Shown here: positions 47,833-62,100 of the stretch, piece by piece
Numbering within the stretch: the stretch's first letter is position 1
Layout: each line of letters opens with the position of its first letter
From: Bispira polyomma
Lineage: Eukaryota
Length of the DNA stretch: 64,000 bases
Reading direction: 5' to 3'
Assembly: GCA_965649765.1 (NCBI GenBank)
Contig: OZ287754.1
Span: 11,098,001 to 11,162,000 of the forward strand
Made by a program: the position numbers and the translations under genes
The notes under the pieces: generated by a model
Told to the model about the DNA's origin: nothing
Database searches by the model: none
The model's input: the letters and a program-made list of their open reading frames with translations, nothing else

Positions 47833-49440
47833 TTATATTGTAAAATCTGGTTCGAACTGATCTACATAGACCTGCCATCAATTATAAGTAGCTAACTCTG
47901 CCATTCCTTCTACATCCGCCTTGGCCGAAAACCATCGTGATAAACAGTCAGCATTTTTGTTATTGATACCATAAATATGTGAAAATAGCACATCAATGTC
48001 AAATTTTGCTGTTACTGCCCAGAGAGTGCGCACACATGCCATAAGATAAGCATCCTGCATACTGCCTGAATTGAGAACGTTAAAAACAGCAAGGTTATTG
48101 CACCACACTTATGTTGTTTTTTTATGTTGGAAGCCGGCACCCCATGTTTGAAATGCAATCAAAATATTAGGAATTTCCAAATGCACAATTGTTAAACCTT
48201 GAATTTTGTGAGCAGGATGTGGCCCAGCATATACATTGTCATCCCATATGATGCCCATACCTGTAAGCGAGGCAACAACAAAAAGTTGGATCTGGGGTTT
48301 GACATGCTTAAACAACACTTTGCCATTATATTCAGTTAAAAATGAATTAAACCATCTTCGGTCTTGAAAAAGAATTTCATGCAAAAGAATTTTACCTTGC
48401 TTTGGCATTTGCTTTAACACGTGCAGCATGCGATTAACGAATAACCTTGCGGGTTGGACATACTTGTTGACATATATAAGTCATCCTATAAGGCTTTGTA
48501 GCTGTCTAAGTGTTGCATGTGTTTTATGAAGCCACTGTTTACAAATCTGTTTGATTTCTTGAAGTTTATCTGGTGGAATGGTAATTATGCCTTTGGCTAT
48601 GTCAATATGTATACCTATGCACGTTAGCTGCTGAGCTGGTACGTCCAGCTTGTCAGGGTTAATTAGAAGACGAAGATAGTCAAATAAAGCAGTTAAAGTT
48701 GTGAATGCCTTGTCAGCGTCACGCGATGTGTGTAATCCTATGATGTCGTCTATGTTGTAATTCCATACTTGGAAACCTCGTGACGTCATGACGTCGCGTA
48801 TAACATCAGTCGTACGCTGACATGATGCACTACCAATTTTTAGGCTGAACGCGATGCTAAGATCAATATATGTGTTTCCTCTATGTTGGACGTCAATGAC
48901 ATCATAATCTTTAGGGTCTACACGCAGGTTGCGAAAAGCACGATTGACATCAGCCTTATATAACAACACGTCGGGGCCTGACTCAGTGATTTTGTTAACA
49001 ATATCATCCACTGTAGGGAACTTAAGAATGTAGTCCTGTCCATCATAGACATCATCTGGTATATGAGTATTAACTGAGTTACAATGAGGCCAACTTAGGT
49101 CTACTATTATTCTCCTGGATGAATTAGGCTTAGGCCTGGAAAGCATTGGGGATAAATGCAGTATAGGAATAACAGTGGTGTCACAAGGACCTATTATTGC
49201 CCTATGCTTAAGTTTTTTTTCCAAGTATATATCAATGTCCAAAGTAAATTGCCTGGCAGACATATGATTTAAAACTTGTGTGTTATATGTAAACATAGTT
49301 TTATCAATACCTAATGGGAATCCATATTCTAAGTATTGCACCAGAATGTTATTATGATGGTTTGTAAGCAAGGTCTTCCAGTTCTTGATTTTTAAGTCAA
49401 AAGGGACTGGCTTCTAAGTAATTAGGAACCCCAGTGTAAA
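47833..49440 (-). pseudogene. RT-RNase H (pol) of YR element 2
   Basis: YLEYGFPLG, SPMLSRPK..SRRIIVDLSWP, KADVNRAFRNL, YNIDDIIG, HLEI.NI, NKNADCLSRW. Confidence 0.9.
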
Positions 49441-50387
49441 ACCACTGTTTTATGTGCTAATGCAACCCAACCATGTAATGATTTTGCCTGTATTTGATTG
49501 GTACTAACAGCTGACAATTGTCTTTGAATAGGTTGTGAGATGAAACCTACATTTTTATGCAAAAATTTTGAAGTATTGACTGGTGAAAACTGGTTAAAGA
49601 AATTTTTTTTACACCATCATCCTGTTGTTGCTGTAAGGTTTCAAGTACTTTACTATGAAAGTTATTGTCTAGATTATGCTGCAAGAGACCAAAGGTATGA
49701 GTACCTCTGCTGGTGTAAGTGAATACTATGGGTGAGGACGTGTTGTCTAGATATATCAGCGTGGTCGAGTTGTAATTTATCACTACTGGTGTCATTAAAA
49801 GAATAAAATTCAATAGTTTCCACACTAAAATGTGTAAATTTTGGTTCATCAACCAAATAACACATATCATTTCCCGTGTCAACACCCTCACCATGTGTGA
49901 TATTTTTGTCTATATTTTGTGTTGACACCTCAATACTATCACCATCAGTAAAATCAAAACGCTCAATAAAACTTACAGAAATGGACTTAACTATATAGTG
50001 TGAAGTTTGGTCACCAGTTACCTGCCATTGAGAGCTATTGACATCATGCAATTCACTGAATTCCGATACATTATCAATGTTAGTGTATGACATATTGTTT
50101 TTAATATAGCTATCATTAGTATTGAAAAACAAGCCTCACAGTCTGCCTTTTCACTACACTCATCATGACAGTATATATTACTGGCATTGACAACAATACT
50201 ATTCGCACAAAATGTACAAGGACTACACGTGTCAGAACAAAAACAGGTTACAGTATTATACAGTATTTCACCACCCCCATTAACTCGACACGGATCAGTA
50301 ACATTAGTTTGAAATGACAAATTAAAATTTTTTCTCTATCTATGAACAATTCTTTTACTCTTTTAACCTTTCTAGGGCGACTATTTT

Positions 50388-51536
50388 TCAGACACTTGCT
50401 GTGTCCTTCTTTTCCCCGTTTTTTATCAATTTGTTGCATTCAAATTGGCGATGAGAATTATGCTTTTTGGTTTACTTGAAGCAATATGCACATGCGTCTC
50501 TAGCCCAGACACTACCATCAATGTGGTCTGCATCATGAGAGCAAGTATTGTTATTTTACTTAGTACAAATCACTTCTTTCCGCACCCCCCCCCCCCCCCA
50601 TGACTACTGTGAGCATTATGGTTACCCTGAGCTGCATATTTGCCCCATTGTTGGTTACCGTTTGACTGAAAGGTACGTTGAATGCAACGCATGCGTATGT
50701 TGTCAACCGCCTCAAATTGTTCCCACGTGCATTTCCCCCTTTCCATTGTTTGGAGTATAATACTATGCGCCTGCTTAACTGTGGCCCAATTGGTTTCTAT
50801 CGCGTCCTGCATAAGTAATTTCAAGTGTTCAAGCATATTATCTTTGCTAGACTGACTTTGCTCATCTTGAATACACCCAGTATACCCCACTAGGAATTCA
50901 AGGGGACTTAAATCTTCATACTGTAGGTTTTTCCCACTAAAACCAGAGTAACAATACTTATGTGGCCATGCCACTTCTACTTTTCGTTTACTCTCTTTAA
51001 CCCAAAAAAGACCAGATTTTGTTTTGAACCGTACCTGTGTCCCTGTGTGCACCCTGTAGCTTCAACAATCTCTGTTGGACCTGGGCCTGAATAGCATCAT
51101 TACCACATAGAAACTGTGCATCAGGTAACAAACTTTCATGATCGGGCACATGTGACTGCAGATTAACATATTTGTCCCTTTTTGCACGACACGCCTGAGC
51201 ACACTGAGGAGTTCTTTTAGGTGAACTATTAGAAATCACTCCCAATGACTGATCTAACGAATGATTGTCTATTTTCTGTTCAAGTCTTTCATTGTTCTGT
51301 TCTAAATCATGGATTTTAGCCAAAATCACGGCCAGAGCTCCATCTGTTGTGGATTCAATGACTGGTGTACAAGCCACTCCCCCAACAGCACCCTGAGGTA
51401 ATTCATCTTGAGGCTGGTCTCCTTTCTCGCCATCTAGTTGTGGAGCAGATGTGTTCAGATGGCAGTTTCTCCCCACAAGTCTCGCATGTTTCGCCGGATT
51501 TCCCATAAGGTCACATCTCTTGCAGAAGAACGCCAT
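50388..51536 (-). pseudogene. gag/ORF1 of YR element 2
   Basis: N-terminal CKRC..H..C finger, KSGLF, WPHKY, MQDAIETNW and C-terminal C..N..CSH..DH...ACAYC..H..C finger; frameshifts present. Confidence 0.8.
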
Positions 51537-51824
51537 GCTATAACACAAATATTCCTGCGCCCCCAGCAGAACCTGGCTTGTATTGTAGTATCAAGTACTT
51601 TATTTGAAACAAAATTCTTCACCCACGTGTTTGAATTTAACCCAACACTTGATTTTCTACCAATATTAACAAGCTTTACTAAGCCCTACAAGCCGCGCCC
51701 TGCTGATGACAGAATATTAAGAGGTCTATTTTCTAGCTGACCAAACTCCATGCTGATCCAAAAGCCAGGAGTTTGACAGCAGGAAATTTCACAAGGACAC
51801 CCTTGACCAATCACAGGATTTACA

Positions 51825-53640
51825 AACAGAAGTCAGCATTGAACAATACCTCAAGATTACGTACAACATCTGAGGGTGATATCATATTCCCAAGCATGTT
51901 TATTGGAAAGAAACTTGATAATTCAGTACGTTGTTTACTTGTGCCAAAAACAATAAATTCTGTTTTGTCAGGATTAAGGTTGAGCTTTGATAACATCCAT
52001 TCCTGCACATCTTTAAGGCAGGTTTTAAGAGTGTCAAAAGCAGTGGCTGCATTTGATAATGAGAGGTGAATATATAACTGTGTATCGTCAGGATAAAAGT
52101 GATATTTTATTGAACTATATGCACTGATAACGTGACAGAGTGGTTATGTTGATAGCAAGAAAAAAATTGGACTGAGAACTGAACCCTAAGAGACACTAAA
52201 TTCAAGTTTAATAAAGTCAGAAAGAGATGAACTGCTAAATATGACTTGAACCAGGTAAGGGAAGTACCACTGAAACCAATACGAAGAAGAAAGGCAGTGT
52301 AGGAGAGTGTGATGGTCAAAAGTATCGAAAGTAGCAGATAAATCCAGTACAACAAGAGCAGTAGAATGACTCTTGAGAGTGACACTTGTTTCTCATTTTT
52401 AATAGAGAGGAGAGTTGATTTGGTAGAGTGGCCAGGTGTTACCAAGATTGTGTTTATCAAGGTGAGTGGTAACCTAAGAAAAAACTATTCTTTCAACCAA
52501 CTTGGATATAAGCATAGTTTTTTAAATCATCTTTAGGCAGTGTTGACTTCTAGATAAGGGGGTTATAAAAGCGCGCTTGAAAGCCCCCGGGAAAGTTCCA
52601 CTAAGTAAGGAAAGATTTACAAGCTTAGTAATGGATGGTGTCAGACTATCTAGGCAATCCTTGACTAATGAGGTCGGCCAGAGATCAAGACTGCATGTTT
52701 TGTATGGGGAATCTTTAATATGTTTTACTATATCATTATTATTGAGAGGACAGAAAGCAGAAAAGATATGAGTAGGCTTGACCAAGGGAGTAGATGACAT
52801 GCTTTTATCAGAAAAAACTGTCGCTTGTCTTTTTTATTTTGTTGCTAAAAAAAAAAGAGGATAAAATGATCATAGAGAGATTTCACTGAGGTGTGGGAGT
52901 AAAGAATGGTGACATGTGTTCTGTGTAATATGTTTTTTAGGATGTCCCAAAGTTTTCTACTGTTGCTACTATTATCTATAACTAATCTGTTTTAGTATTC
53001 ACCTTTTGCCTTGTTTAAGAGATGGTTGCATCGGCTAGTTTGCCTGTGCAGCCGTGATCAGCTGAGCACTGATTTGTCTCTTCCCCATTTATGCTCAAAT
53101 CGCCAATGAAGAAATTTGGCCGTATAGTATTCAGTGGTCATCTAGTCAGAAGCGAGTTTCATAACGGTTTTTGGGGAGCATGCTTATCTAAAATATGGCT
53201 AAGGTCTCCAATATCATTGGAACATGAAAAAACAAGACAAAAATTTTTAAATCACTTTTTAAATTATCTATATCAATTTTGTGTAGCTGCCTAAAAGTGA
53301 TAATACTACTTGAAAAACGTGACAGAGGTGAGAAATCCAGATCACAAGAAACAACATAATGGTCACTAAGAAAGCCAGAGTGTGCTGTATATAATGCGAG
53401 TGAACAGTCAGCCGAAGTGAAGAGTAAATATGGGGTGTGGCTAAGGGGATGAGTCTGGAAATCAACATGCTAAGACAGATTGCACAATTCGAATAATGTT
53501 TCAAAAGTAACACTGTGTTTGACTCTGTGTCAACATGGATGTTAAAATCACTACACATAGCAATTTGGAATGTGACAGAAGATACAAAGCCAGTAAAAGC
53601 TAAAAATTCATCCATAAACAGGGATTCAGTAAGCTTGGGT
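51825..53640 (-). mobile_element. L2/CR1-clade LINE ORF2 fragment (endonuclease remnant plus RT), decayed
   Basis: SDFNIHVD, KTCSLD..PT..VK.C, GHST..TLL, HFYPDDTQLY, W..KLNLNPDKTE, VRNL.V.F. Confidence 0.85.
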
Positions 53641-54445
53641 GTTCTTTAGAGTTCAGCGATGTTTAACAGATATGGTATTCGTTCGAATTTAAAAACAAAA
53701 TTCACAAGAGAAAGAATAAAAAATATCCATCCATAAATAAGAAAGTTATGATATAAAAACTAAAATGTATGAAAATTTAAAAGACAACCTACATGTCGAT
53801 CATGGCACTAGGGCGCTTTGTGCCCCAGATGCAACACTAAATACATTAATTATCTTAAGTATTTATTTTTTTTGCTGAGTGTATATATACAGTATATTCA
53901 TCAACTGGACAGCAACAATGATATTGATGTAATTGTTTGGAAAACTTCAAACAATCAGAGAGAAATTACTTTTTGTACGATATATTTGACAATCAAAAGT
54001 TGAACATAAATAATATGTCTTAAATTGTGAAAAATATCTTTTATCGGGCATTGCCTCGCCAAAAATGGGCATCGGAATGACATCATAATTGTTTTCTGAT
54101 ACATTTAGTGTTTCTCCCTAATGTGCATTGGTAATTAGTGGTATAGGACTAAATAAGGTTTAATATTTTGCTATTATTAAAACTATTATTAACTATTAGT
54201 GAAATTTATAAGTCACTGTCAGACAGACATGGCCATTCAGGTGGGAAAATATATACCCTTACAGTAACGCGAAAATACTTACCCTTACAGTATTGATTGG
54301 AAAGAGAATGTCTTGAACTTAGAAACCAACCACATAATTAGAATCGCTAATTAACTAGGCATTTTTCGCCTTTCACCAGTTGGGGGTCATTATTTTGTAG
54401 AAACCAAAGAGCAAAGAAGCTTTCCAGAGAGAAGGAGAGCAAAAA

Positions 54446-55045
54446 ATGGTAGCCCTTGTGAGCGGCCACCTAGACTACTACACCTTTCTTCTGTTTGAAG
54501 TAAACAAGTCACAGATTAAAAAGCACCGGCCCATTCAAAACTACCTATGTAGGGTTATTTTTCACCTGGGTGGTCGTACAGACGTCACTCTTTACCTCAA
54601 AAAAATACGTTGCCCATTCACTCTAGAATTTTGTTCAAAATTCCTGTTACCACTTTTAAGGCTGTAATCACTCAACAGCCCTCCTACCTTGCTTCCCTTC
54701 TCTCAGTAACCATAACAGAGGAAACAAACTCTGTTTTTTAGGTCAGACACATCAAGAAGGCGGGATCCAGAGCTTTCTCCATTGCAGCTCCTTTGTTATG
54801 GAGCAGTCTTCCAGCTGACCTCAGATCAGTTGATACACTCATCAGTTTTAGGAAAAAGTCTAAAACCTATCTTTTTAACCCACCTACCCACCTTAGCTTT
54901 ACTCATGCACGCTTCCACTTCTTTCCTTACGACTTTGCTATACCCATGAACGTTAAGATTGGATTAATGATTCTGCTGTTGCACTTTAGAAGATGCCTAG
55001 CATTAATAAAGCTTGGTAAACATTCATAATAATAATAATTATAAT
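54446..55045 (+). mobile_element. L2 LINE 3' end with tail
   Basis: ALVS..LDY, RAFS.AAP.LW.SLP..LR...F.K..KTYLF, then gcactttagaagatgcctagcattaataaag and a (TAA)n tail. Confidence 0.8.
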
Positions 55046-56589
55046 TCTTTATACTGCCAAACTGTAAAATGTCCCTGCTTTGCATTCTGGCTACTGTATT
55101 CTTTGTGTTGTTAATAATCGGCATATCTTTCTACGGTACCTCTCTCTGATTTAAATTGCTATCTGGTACAGCCAACCAGCACCAGCAACTTTCATTACCC
55201 TTACTGAACATACTTGGAAAGTTGTACCTTTTAGAAACATTTTAGGAAAAAAAAAATTCCCCCCCCCCCCCCAAAAAAAAAAAAAAACAAACAAAAAAAA
55301 ACCACTTTGATTTTACAATAGGCAATATGAAAGTTTGAAGTGTCACAGAGTTACAGATATCTCGGTATTAATATTGATGAACATCTAAACTTTGAATTGT
55401 GTGCAAAAACATTAAGCTCTAGCTTCTGTGACCCTAAAGTTTCAAAGTCGTAACCATTGGTGGTAGAATTTGAGAGGGGACCTTTATTATATAAAATACA
55501 GTATATGCAATAATCTCATTAAATGACACATTGGCATTTGTTATTTGTAAAAGTACCCTTCTACCTTTTCGAACAGGCCTCTCCACCTTAGCCATCGCAA
55601 CCATCCTGGTAGTCTTTCTGGTTACGTACACCATCCATCCCCCATTTCTGATTTTTTGATTATTGCTTAGGTTAGTTGCGCCTTAGAATTTGTTGTACGA
55701 AGATTAAGCGCTATAAAAGTACGATTAGATTAGATTCTATCATTTTGTTTACACATTATCAAGTTGTTCTCAATCATTCATGTTGACCTGTATTGTTAAA
55801 ACTTTATTAATAACTGAAGCTATAAACACTTGAGACAGACGAGATTTATAGCCATGTAATTATCTTCTTAGTTTTTTTTTATATTTTTGTTCAACGTTTT
55901 AATGAAGGTTTTCATAAAAAATTGTTTTTTTAAATCTGTGTTGTAAAAAAAAATGGTACCGAACAACCTTAATAGTCAGCATTTTTAAAATGCCATATTT
56001 AATTAGTAACCCCTTAATACATGTACAAATTGATATTCAAATTATATAACCCTATATATAACCCCAACCCCTTAATATTAGGGTTTTAACGGTTTCATTT
56101 CAAAAATTTCATAACCAACTATGAAATATTACATTCCTAGCCTTTGCCCCTTTAAATTTTTTGGGGGCCTGAATATTAGTATTTTTGCAGGACATTTGAT
56201 ATTATTAGTAGAAAGAGGTTCACTAAGGAATCTAGGCAGCAGATTTATGTGTGAAATGTGGCAGTTACTTGCAGATATGCCTGGTGGTTTACAATGCAGA
56301 ATCTTGACCAACTGGTGTGCACGGCTTTCCTCCACCAGTCAAACTGCCCATCATGATACTACCTAATTATACAATGTGTTGAAAGCAAGTTAAAGCCCAA
56401 TCAATCAACTAGTTCACAGAGTAACTGGTATTATATTACTTTTATTAAAGTTGTAATAGTTGTAAGGACACTTTATGTTGGACATATTTGTATGTATTTT
56501 GAAGAAAAAAAAATGGTGCTGGTTAAAATATTTGTGCTTTGAGTGACATTGTTCCCGATGATGCTCCAAGCCTCATTTTAGGAAGATTT

Positions 56590-57890
56590 GTAACATTAAG
56601 GCGTAAAAGTACTACAAATAAAATACAGATAGTATGAAAGCAACCACAGCAGATGTTGGAAATAGCCTGCATACCATTCCAAATAAATGTTCCTGCTTGT
56701 TCAAGATAATAATAGAATATTTAAGCCAGACATACATCTCGACAGGTGCACTTTAACATTCAGGTGATATTAGCATATCTTGTTCTATTAACAATAAAAA
56801 ATGTCTCACTGTAATGACACTTAAGACAAAAATTTGACGTGAGTCTTGACATGACGTGAGTCTTGACATGATGGTAGTTGTGCCTTCTGTATGACCTACT
56901 TATGTGTCTAACTGAACCACCTAGGGTAGACTGCATTATTATCTACAATTGTGGCTCAGTGGTAATACTCTCACTTAGTATTGGCCAGGACCTGTGTTTG
57001 ATTCCAGGCTGAAATTTTCAGATCAAATCAGATTTGTTCAGTCATGCCTTGTCTAGAAAGCTCTGCAGTCTACCAGATAGACAACCCAATATTCAGTCAT
57101 ACACATTTGTAGTATCTCTGTAAATTGCAGGTCACACTAACGATCCGTATTTAGGGATCATAGTAGTTAAAAGCACACCACTGGACTCTCACCAGTGTGG
57201 ATTTCCTTCATGTTGAAAGTTTGTCTGGTACTTGCTGTGGGTCACTGGTTTAAAGTTATTCAGCATCGATTTCTTCCACCATTGAATCTAACCATTGTGA
57301 TATGACTTACTGTGTTGTGATGTCGAACTCAACTAACAATCAGTGTTTAATCATGACACCAACAATTGAATATTTTCAGCATTTTTATTCAGAACTATAA
57401 ATTCAACTTGACATTTTGTATATATCCAAGCCTTATTTTCTGGTGATAGCTAGCATTAAGGCTTCATTAGAAGGCCTACAAATATAATATAGATAGTATG
57501 AAAGCAACCACAGCAGATGTTAAAAATACGAGGCGTACCATTCCAAATAAGGTTTATGCTTGTTTAGATATTAATTGATTATTGAAACAAGACATGCATA
57601 TCAACAGGTAAAGTGCTATTAGCATACACTGATCCAATATCTCCAAAAAAGGTTTCACTGTAATGATACTTAAGATAAGGTCTAACAACTGTATTAGTCT
57701 TTGTCTCTATCTTAACATTGTATGTGACACTTGGCATGAGAGCAGCAGTGTGCCTTTTTTATGACCTACCTGTTTGTGTGTGATTGACACACCTAGGATA
57801 CAAGTGATCATTTTGTCAGCCATTGTGGCTCAGTGATAATGCACTCATTTAGTATTGGACAGGACCTGTGTTCGAATACAGCCAAGGATT
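56590..57890 (+). repeat. Diverged direct duplication (~430-bp unit at 56590-57010 and 57450-57885)
   Basis: Shared agatagtatgaaagcaaccacagcagatgtt ... ttgtggctcagtg.taat ... caggacctgtgtt. Confidence 0.75.
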
Positions 57891-58175
57891 CCCAGATACA
57901 GTCAGACAGCAACTCAGTTATCATTAGGCTCAATGCCCAGTTGCAGGCTAAAGAACAATGTAGATATTTGTATAAATGGCCATCATCCATCAATATGTCT
58001 TCAGTTAGGTATAAAGACAGTTACATGTGCATGTGCCACAAGCAATTTGATTCTAGTCTGTCCTACACTTTCAGTGTTTGCATTTGACATGAGAATGATG
58101 TGGAGCAATTCTAATAAGGTGTATTTGAACTCAAATATGGTAATAATTTATACAGCTGGTGACATGGGATAAGAA

Positions 58176-58433
58176 TTTGAATTTGGATATTTAATGTCCA
58201 CTCTAGTACCTTTTTAGTAGGCTATATTGGGACGGGTAGTTAGAAACGCTTTAGGAAACACTGCATACAGTTGATCAAGATTATGCACTGAAATCAACGG
58301 CCCACAGTAAGGAACTACCACCTTTCCCACATAGGCATTGACGGGAGTCGAACCCACGCCAGCCAATCCCAGAGGTGAGAGACCAGTGATTGTGAAGCGC
58401 AATGCTTGCTAACCACTAGGCCACCGCGGCCCC
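58176..58433 (-). mobile_element. tRNA-derived SINE, same family
   Basis: A box TGGCCTAGTGG, B box GGTTCGACTCC; 14-bp TSD acatgggataagaa. Confidence 0.88.
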
Positions 58434-58978
58434 ACATGGGATAAGAAGTGGATGTCTTTAGAATAAATTAATGAATGAAAAGAGAGCAATTGTTCTATTT
58501 AACTGATGTTCCTGTTGAGAATAACATGCTGACCTTATTTATAGCAACGTAAACAAGTGTCGGGTCTATATTTACACATTGTTTATCACAACTAGTTATT
58601 TGTATGGCACTTATATTTAACAGGTGAGATCCATCACATAACGACTGATAAACACTTCAGGGTAATTAATCTGCATTCTTCAGTTGACCTGTAATCATCT
58701 GTTGGTGATAAGATCTTGCTGTCAATCATATTATTTCTGAAGATCTCCATTGTTCAAAGAGCTGTCCTAGATATTGTCCTGATTGAGTGACAAACTAAGG
58801 ATAGATCCCTTAATAAGATAGTTGCAGTAGTATACCACAAGGAAGTTTTGCATTTCTACCTGTAATCCCACCTGTTGGTGAGAAAATATGTTTGAAAATA
58901 TACCACCCCTCTATAAGGACCCAAGAATTTTTGTTGATAATTTGGTACGGAAATGCACTTAAATAAAGACTACCTTTA

Positions 58979-59139
58979 AGGACCTACAGACTGCTCAGGA
59001 CACAACACGAGACTGCATAAAAATAGAAACAAGACAATATTGATTCTTGAGACTGGTCCAAGCACGACAATGCAATTGGCCTTAGAGAAATCTTTAACTC
59101 GTCGTGTCGTGTTGTGTCATGGGTGGTCTGTAAAGTCCT
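58979..59139. mobile_element. Harbinger-type MITE
   Basis: ~33-bp TIR aggacctacagactgctcaggacacaacacga with TTA TSD. Confidence 0.75.
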
Positions 59140-62100
59140 TTAGTCTTATTTAAACATAGATTTTCAATTTAGCCTACACTTCCATGTCGCTGATCCTGAC
59201 AATTGAAGTTGGTAAGCTCTTTGTCGGGCTTCGGACGATTTACACTTTCATGCCCCTGATAAAAGTATTTGTTTTTGTATGTCACGTTTCATTGGAATAC
59301 AATTTTATAACTTCTGCCGACATCTGACACAGAGAAGGGCAGATGCTGTAAATGTTGAACTCCAAAAAAACCAGACCCGACCAATGTCGGCTGATGTTGA
59401 CCAATTTAATTCTGATACCTGACAGCGTTGGCTTACTTTTAGGAAAGCTCAAATGATCACTTGGCCACTGAAAAGTAATGTTCGCTATTTAACAATTTAT
59501 AAATTTAAAATTTAATTCTTCCACAAAAATAAGCTCACCTCTTGCACAAGTAAATGATAATGTTTGTCCATCACATTGTAAGCTCAAAATAAGATTAAAG
59601 TTAATTTTTTATTTTTTTTCCCAAAGAAAGTAATGTTCCCTTGTAAGTTAGCTTTTAACTCTGCCTCAGGTTTATATCCAGTGATGCCTTGTCTCGAAAG
59701 CATGTAGTATTTGTAGTCTGTGTAAATTTTAGATCATTCTATTAATCGGTATTTAGGTGCTTTAGCATAGTATTTCTTTCACCACTGAATATAGCCGTTG
59801 TGATGTGACCTACGATGATATGCCAAAAGTGATATAAAACCTAACTAACTAACCAGGAATCAGTATTTCACCACGACAACAACAACAATTGAGTATTTCA
59901 GTCTTTTTTATTGTGAACTATAAAATCAGCTTGTTAGATATTGTCAGATACCCAAGCCTAGTTTGTTACAGTTACAGTCTGTCTGGGATCAGCGAAGGAG
60001 GACTACCTCTCAGGATGGGCCATCTGCTGTACTGAATTGTGCAGTGCTGAATACACCAGGGATCTATCCGGACACCAGGACTTTGTGAGTGGACACATGT
60101 CTAAAACACAGATTGAGACACAGTTCGAAGTAGGGGTGTAATGGGCCCCAAAAATGTGTCCCGAGTTATTGCAAACATCCAACCGTCTTGAATCTGGGTA
60201 CCCATGCATTTAGTAGTATGACCCAATCCCAGAAACCAGTCTAGCAATATGGCCGCTGATGTAAACAAAATCTATCAAAGAAACATAGCAAATATATGGG
60301 GGAATATTGGAAATTATGAGGAAAATGTTTTATTACCTGCAAAAATTAGAGGGGAAAACATTCATTGTTTTGATGAAGAGAAATAGGATTGTAGGCGCTT
60401 ATGTAATATATTTAACTATAAAATGTTTGAGTTGCCAGTTATTCTGAAGAAGCTGCTTCTACCTTTTAGGCCACTGTGGGTCCCGATTTTCTTGTAATAT
60501 TATACATGATAATAAGTGGATTTTCAGGTAGGAATACATTACATGTTTCGTCACCTTCCACAGATGCCAATTTTTTTTTTAAAACTCAAAATTTTCGCTT
60601 TTTTTATTGCCTCAATTTGGGTGACATTCATGCCAAAAACGATCACAATGTGGTCGATTGGATCCGAGTTGGGTACGTATACCCCAGGACAGACACACAC
60701 GCATGCACAGACGGAGGAGAGTATCTTATAATCAGTATGTATGTTTAAATAATCAGGGACACTTCCTAAGCCAGAAGATGCTCGACTTACAGTTGTGGCT
60801 GTTGTGAAGGAACCCCTCCCTTTGTGTCAGGGCCAACACAGTCTCAGGCCTTGTATACAGCTGCATTTCTGCCTTAACAAGCTCTCTGGTAAGTAGAAAG
60901 AATTATAGCGGTTCGTTTTCTTGTGTTCTCTGTGCACATGTATATATGTAACCAACAGGAGACATAGAAGTCGATTTTCATCAAACTTAAATGAAGGTAG
61001 TAATCAAATACTGCAGTTTATATAATATATGTATAATATAATGTATAATTTGCTTCAAATCGAATGAACCTGTTATCAGTTTTAAAAATAATCATGACAA
61101 CATAAACAAATTTTATTGAAGAATGTCTAAGTATTACATAATGGTTTCAGATGTCATAATATTGCTTCATACTTTACATTACAGTCAGACTTACATAAAA
61201 TATTACAAAAAGTCAAAAAACAAAACAATGGTGCTTCTTAACTTATGGTCGTAACATAAACAGTCCATTTATTAAAAAAAATTCTTATAAGTATTAAACA
61301 ATTATTGATGGTACCATGCAGATAATATAGCACTCTACATTACAATCTTACATCTATTGACAATAGACAAGAGAATGCATGTACATGTACTTTTTAAATA
61401 TGATGCATATATGATAAGACTTGAATAAAAAAACTGACAAAATTAAAAGTTAAAAAAAGATCAGGTAATCAGTTTTAAATTTGTACTTACTCCTCCACCT
61501 GGCCAGTTGTCCACGAAGTGAGTGCAATAGTCATTTTGGTATTGTGTGTCTCGGTCACCTGACACTAAAAAACAGATAACATTATTATGGTAAGGTTCTC
61601 TATTGTGAGTTTTGGCTACAGCACCCTTTACCATGTGAAGGGTGAAAGTGAGTTGCCCCCTTTGCCACGGGACACTACGGGGTGGGTCAACACCCAATCG
61701 GGTTGCTTTGTCATTAACCAGCTGTTAACCCCAGGGTTTCACATTGCTTTCAACAGCTTAGGTCATTTCACAACAGCCAGATTCAATGGTGGAAGAAACT
61801 AGTGTTGAAGCCACTGTAAGGCAGTGACCTATGGCAAGTACCTGACAAACTTGAAGGAACAAATGAGATACTTACAGCAAGATACACATAGGATATGAAG
61901 TAGATGTTTTTGGTCCACAAAACCACACAGCGTAAGATGTTATATCTGAAAGGATGAATCAAACTGAAAATCCAATGCTAAATTCAAATATTTGTCCACA
62001 TCTAAGATTACTAGGGAAAACATATCAGCATATATGATGTGAAGCTTGGAGATCAAGCTATAATCTAGAACTTTATTCCCCAATAGGTTAATAATATAAA

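Larger units (their letters stand above)
46850..51820 (-). mobile_element. Tyrosine-recombinase (Ngaro/PAT-like) retrotransposon 2, decayed, convergent with element 1
   Basis: Same gag / spacer / RT-RH / YR order on the minus strand; a clearly different family at nucleotide level. Boundaries are approximate. Confidence 0.9.

Noticed and set aside
55250-55430. A/C homopolymer run plus YRYLGINIDEHLNF peptide as a gene
   Set aside because: Low complexity followed by a tiny LINE RT C-terminal remnant.
58640-58870. Coding-like stretch on the minus strand
   Set aside because: Stops in all frames and no recognisable motif.
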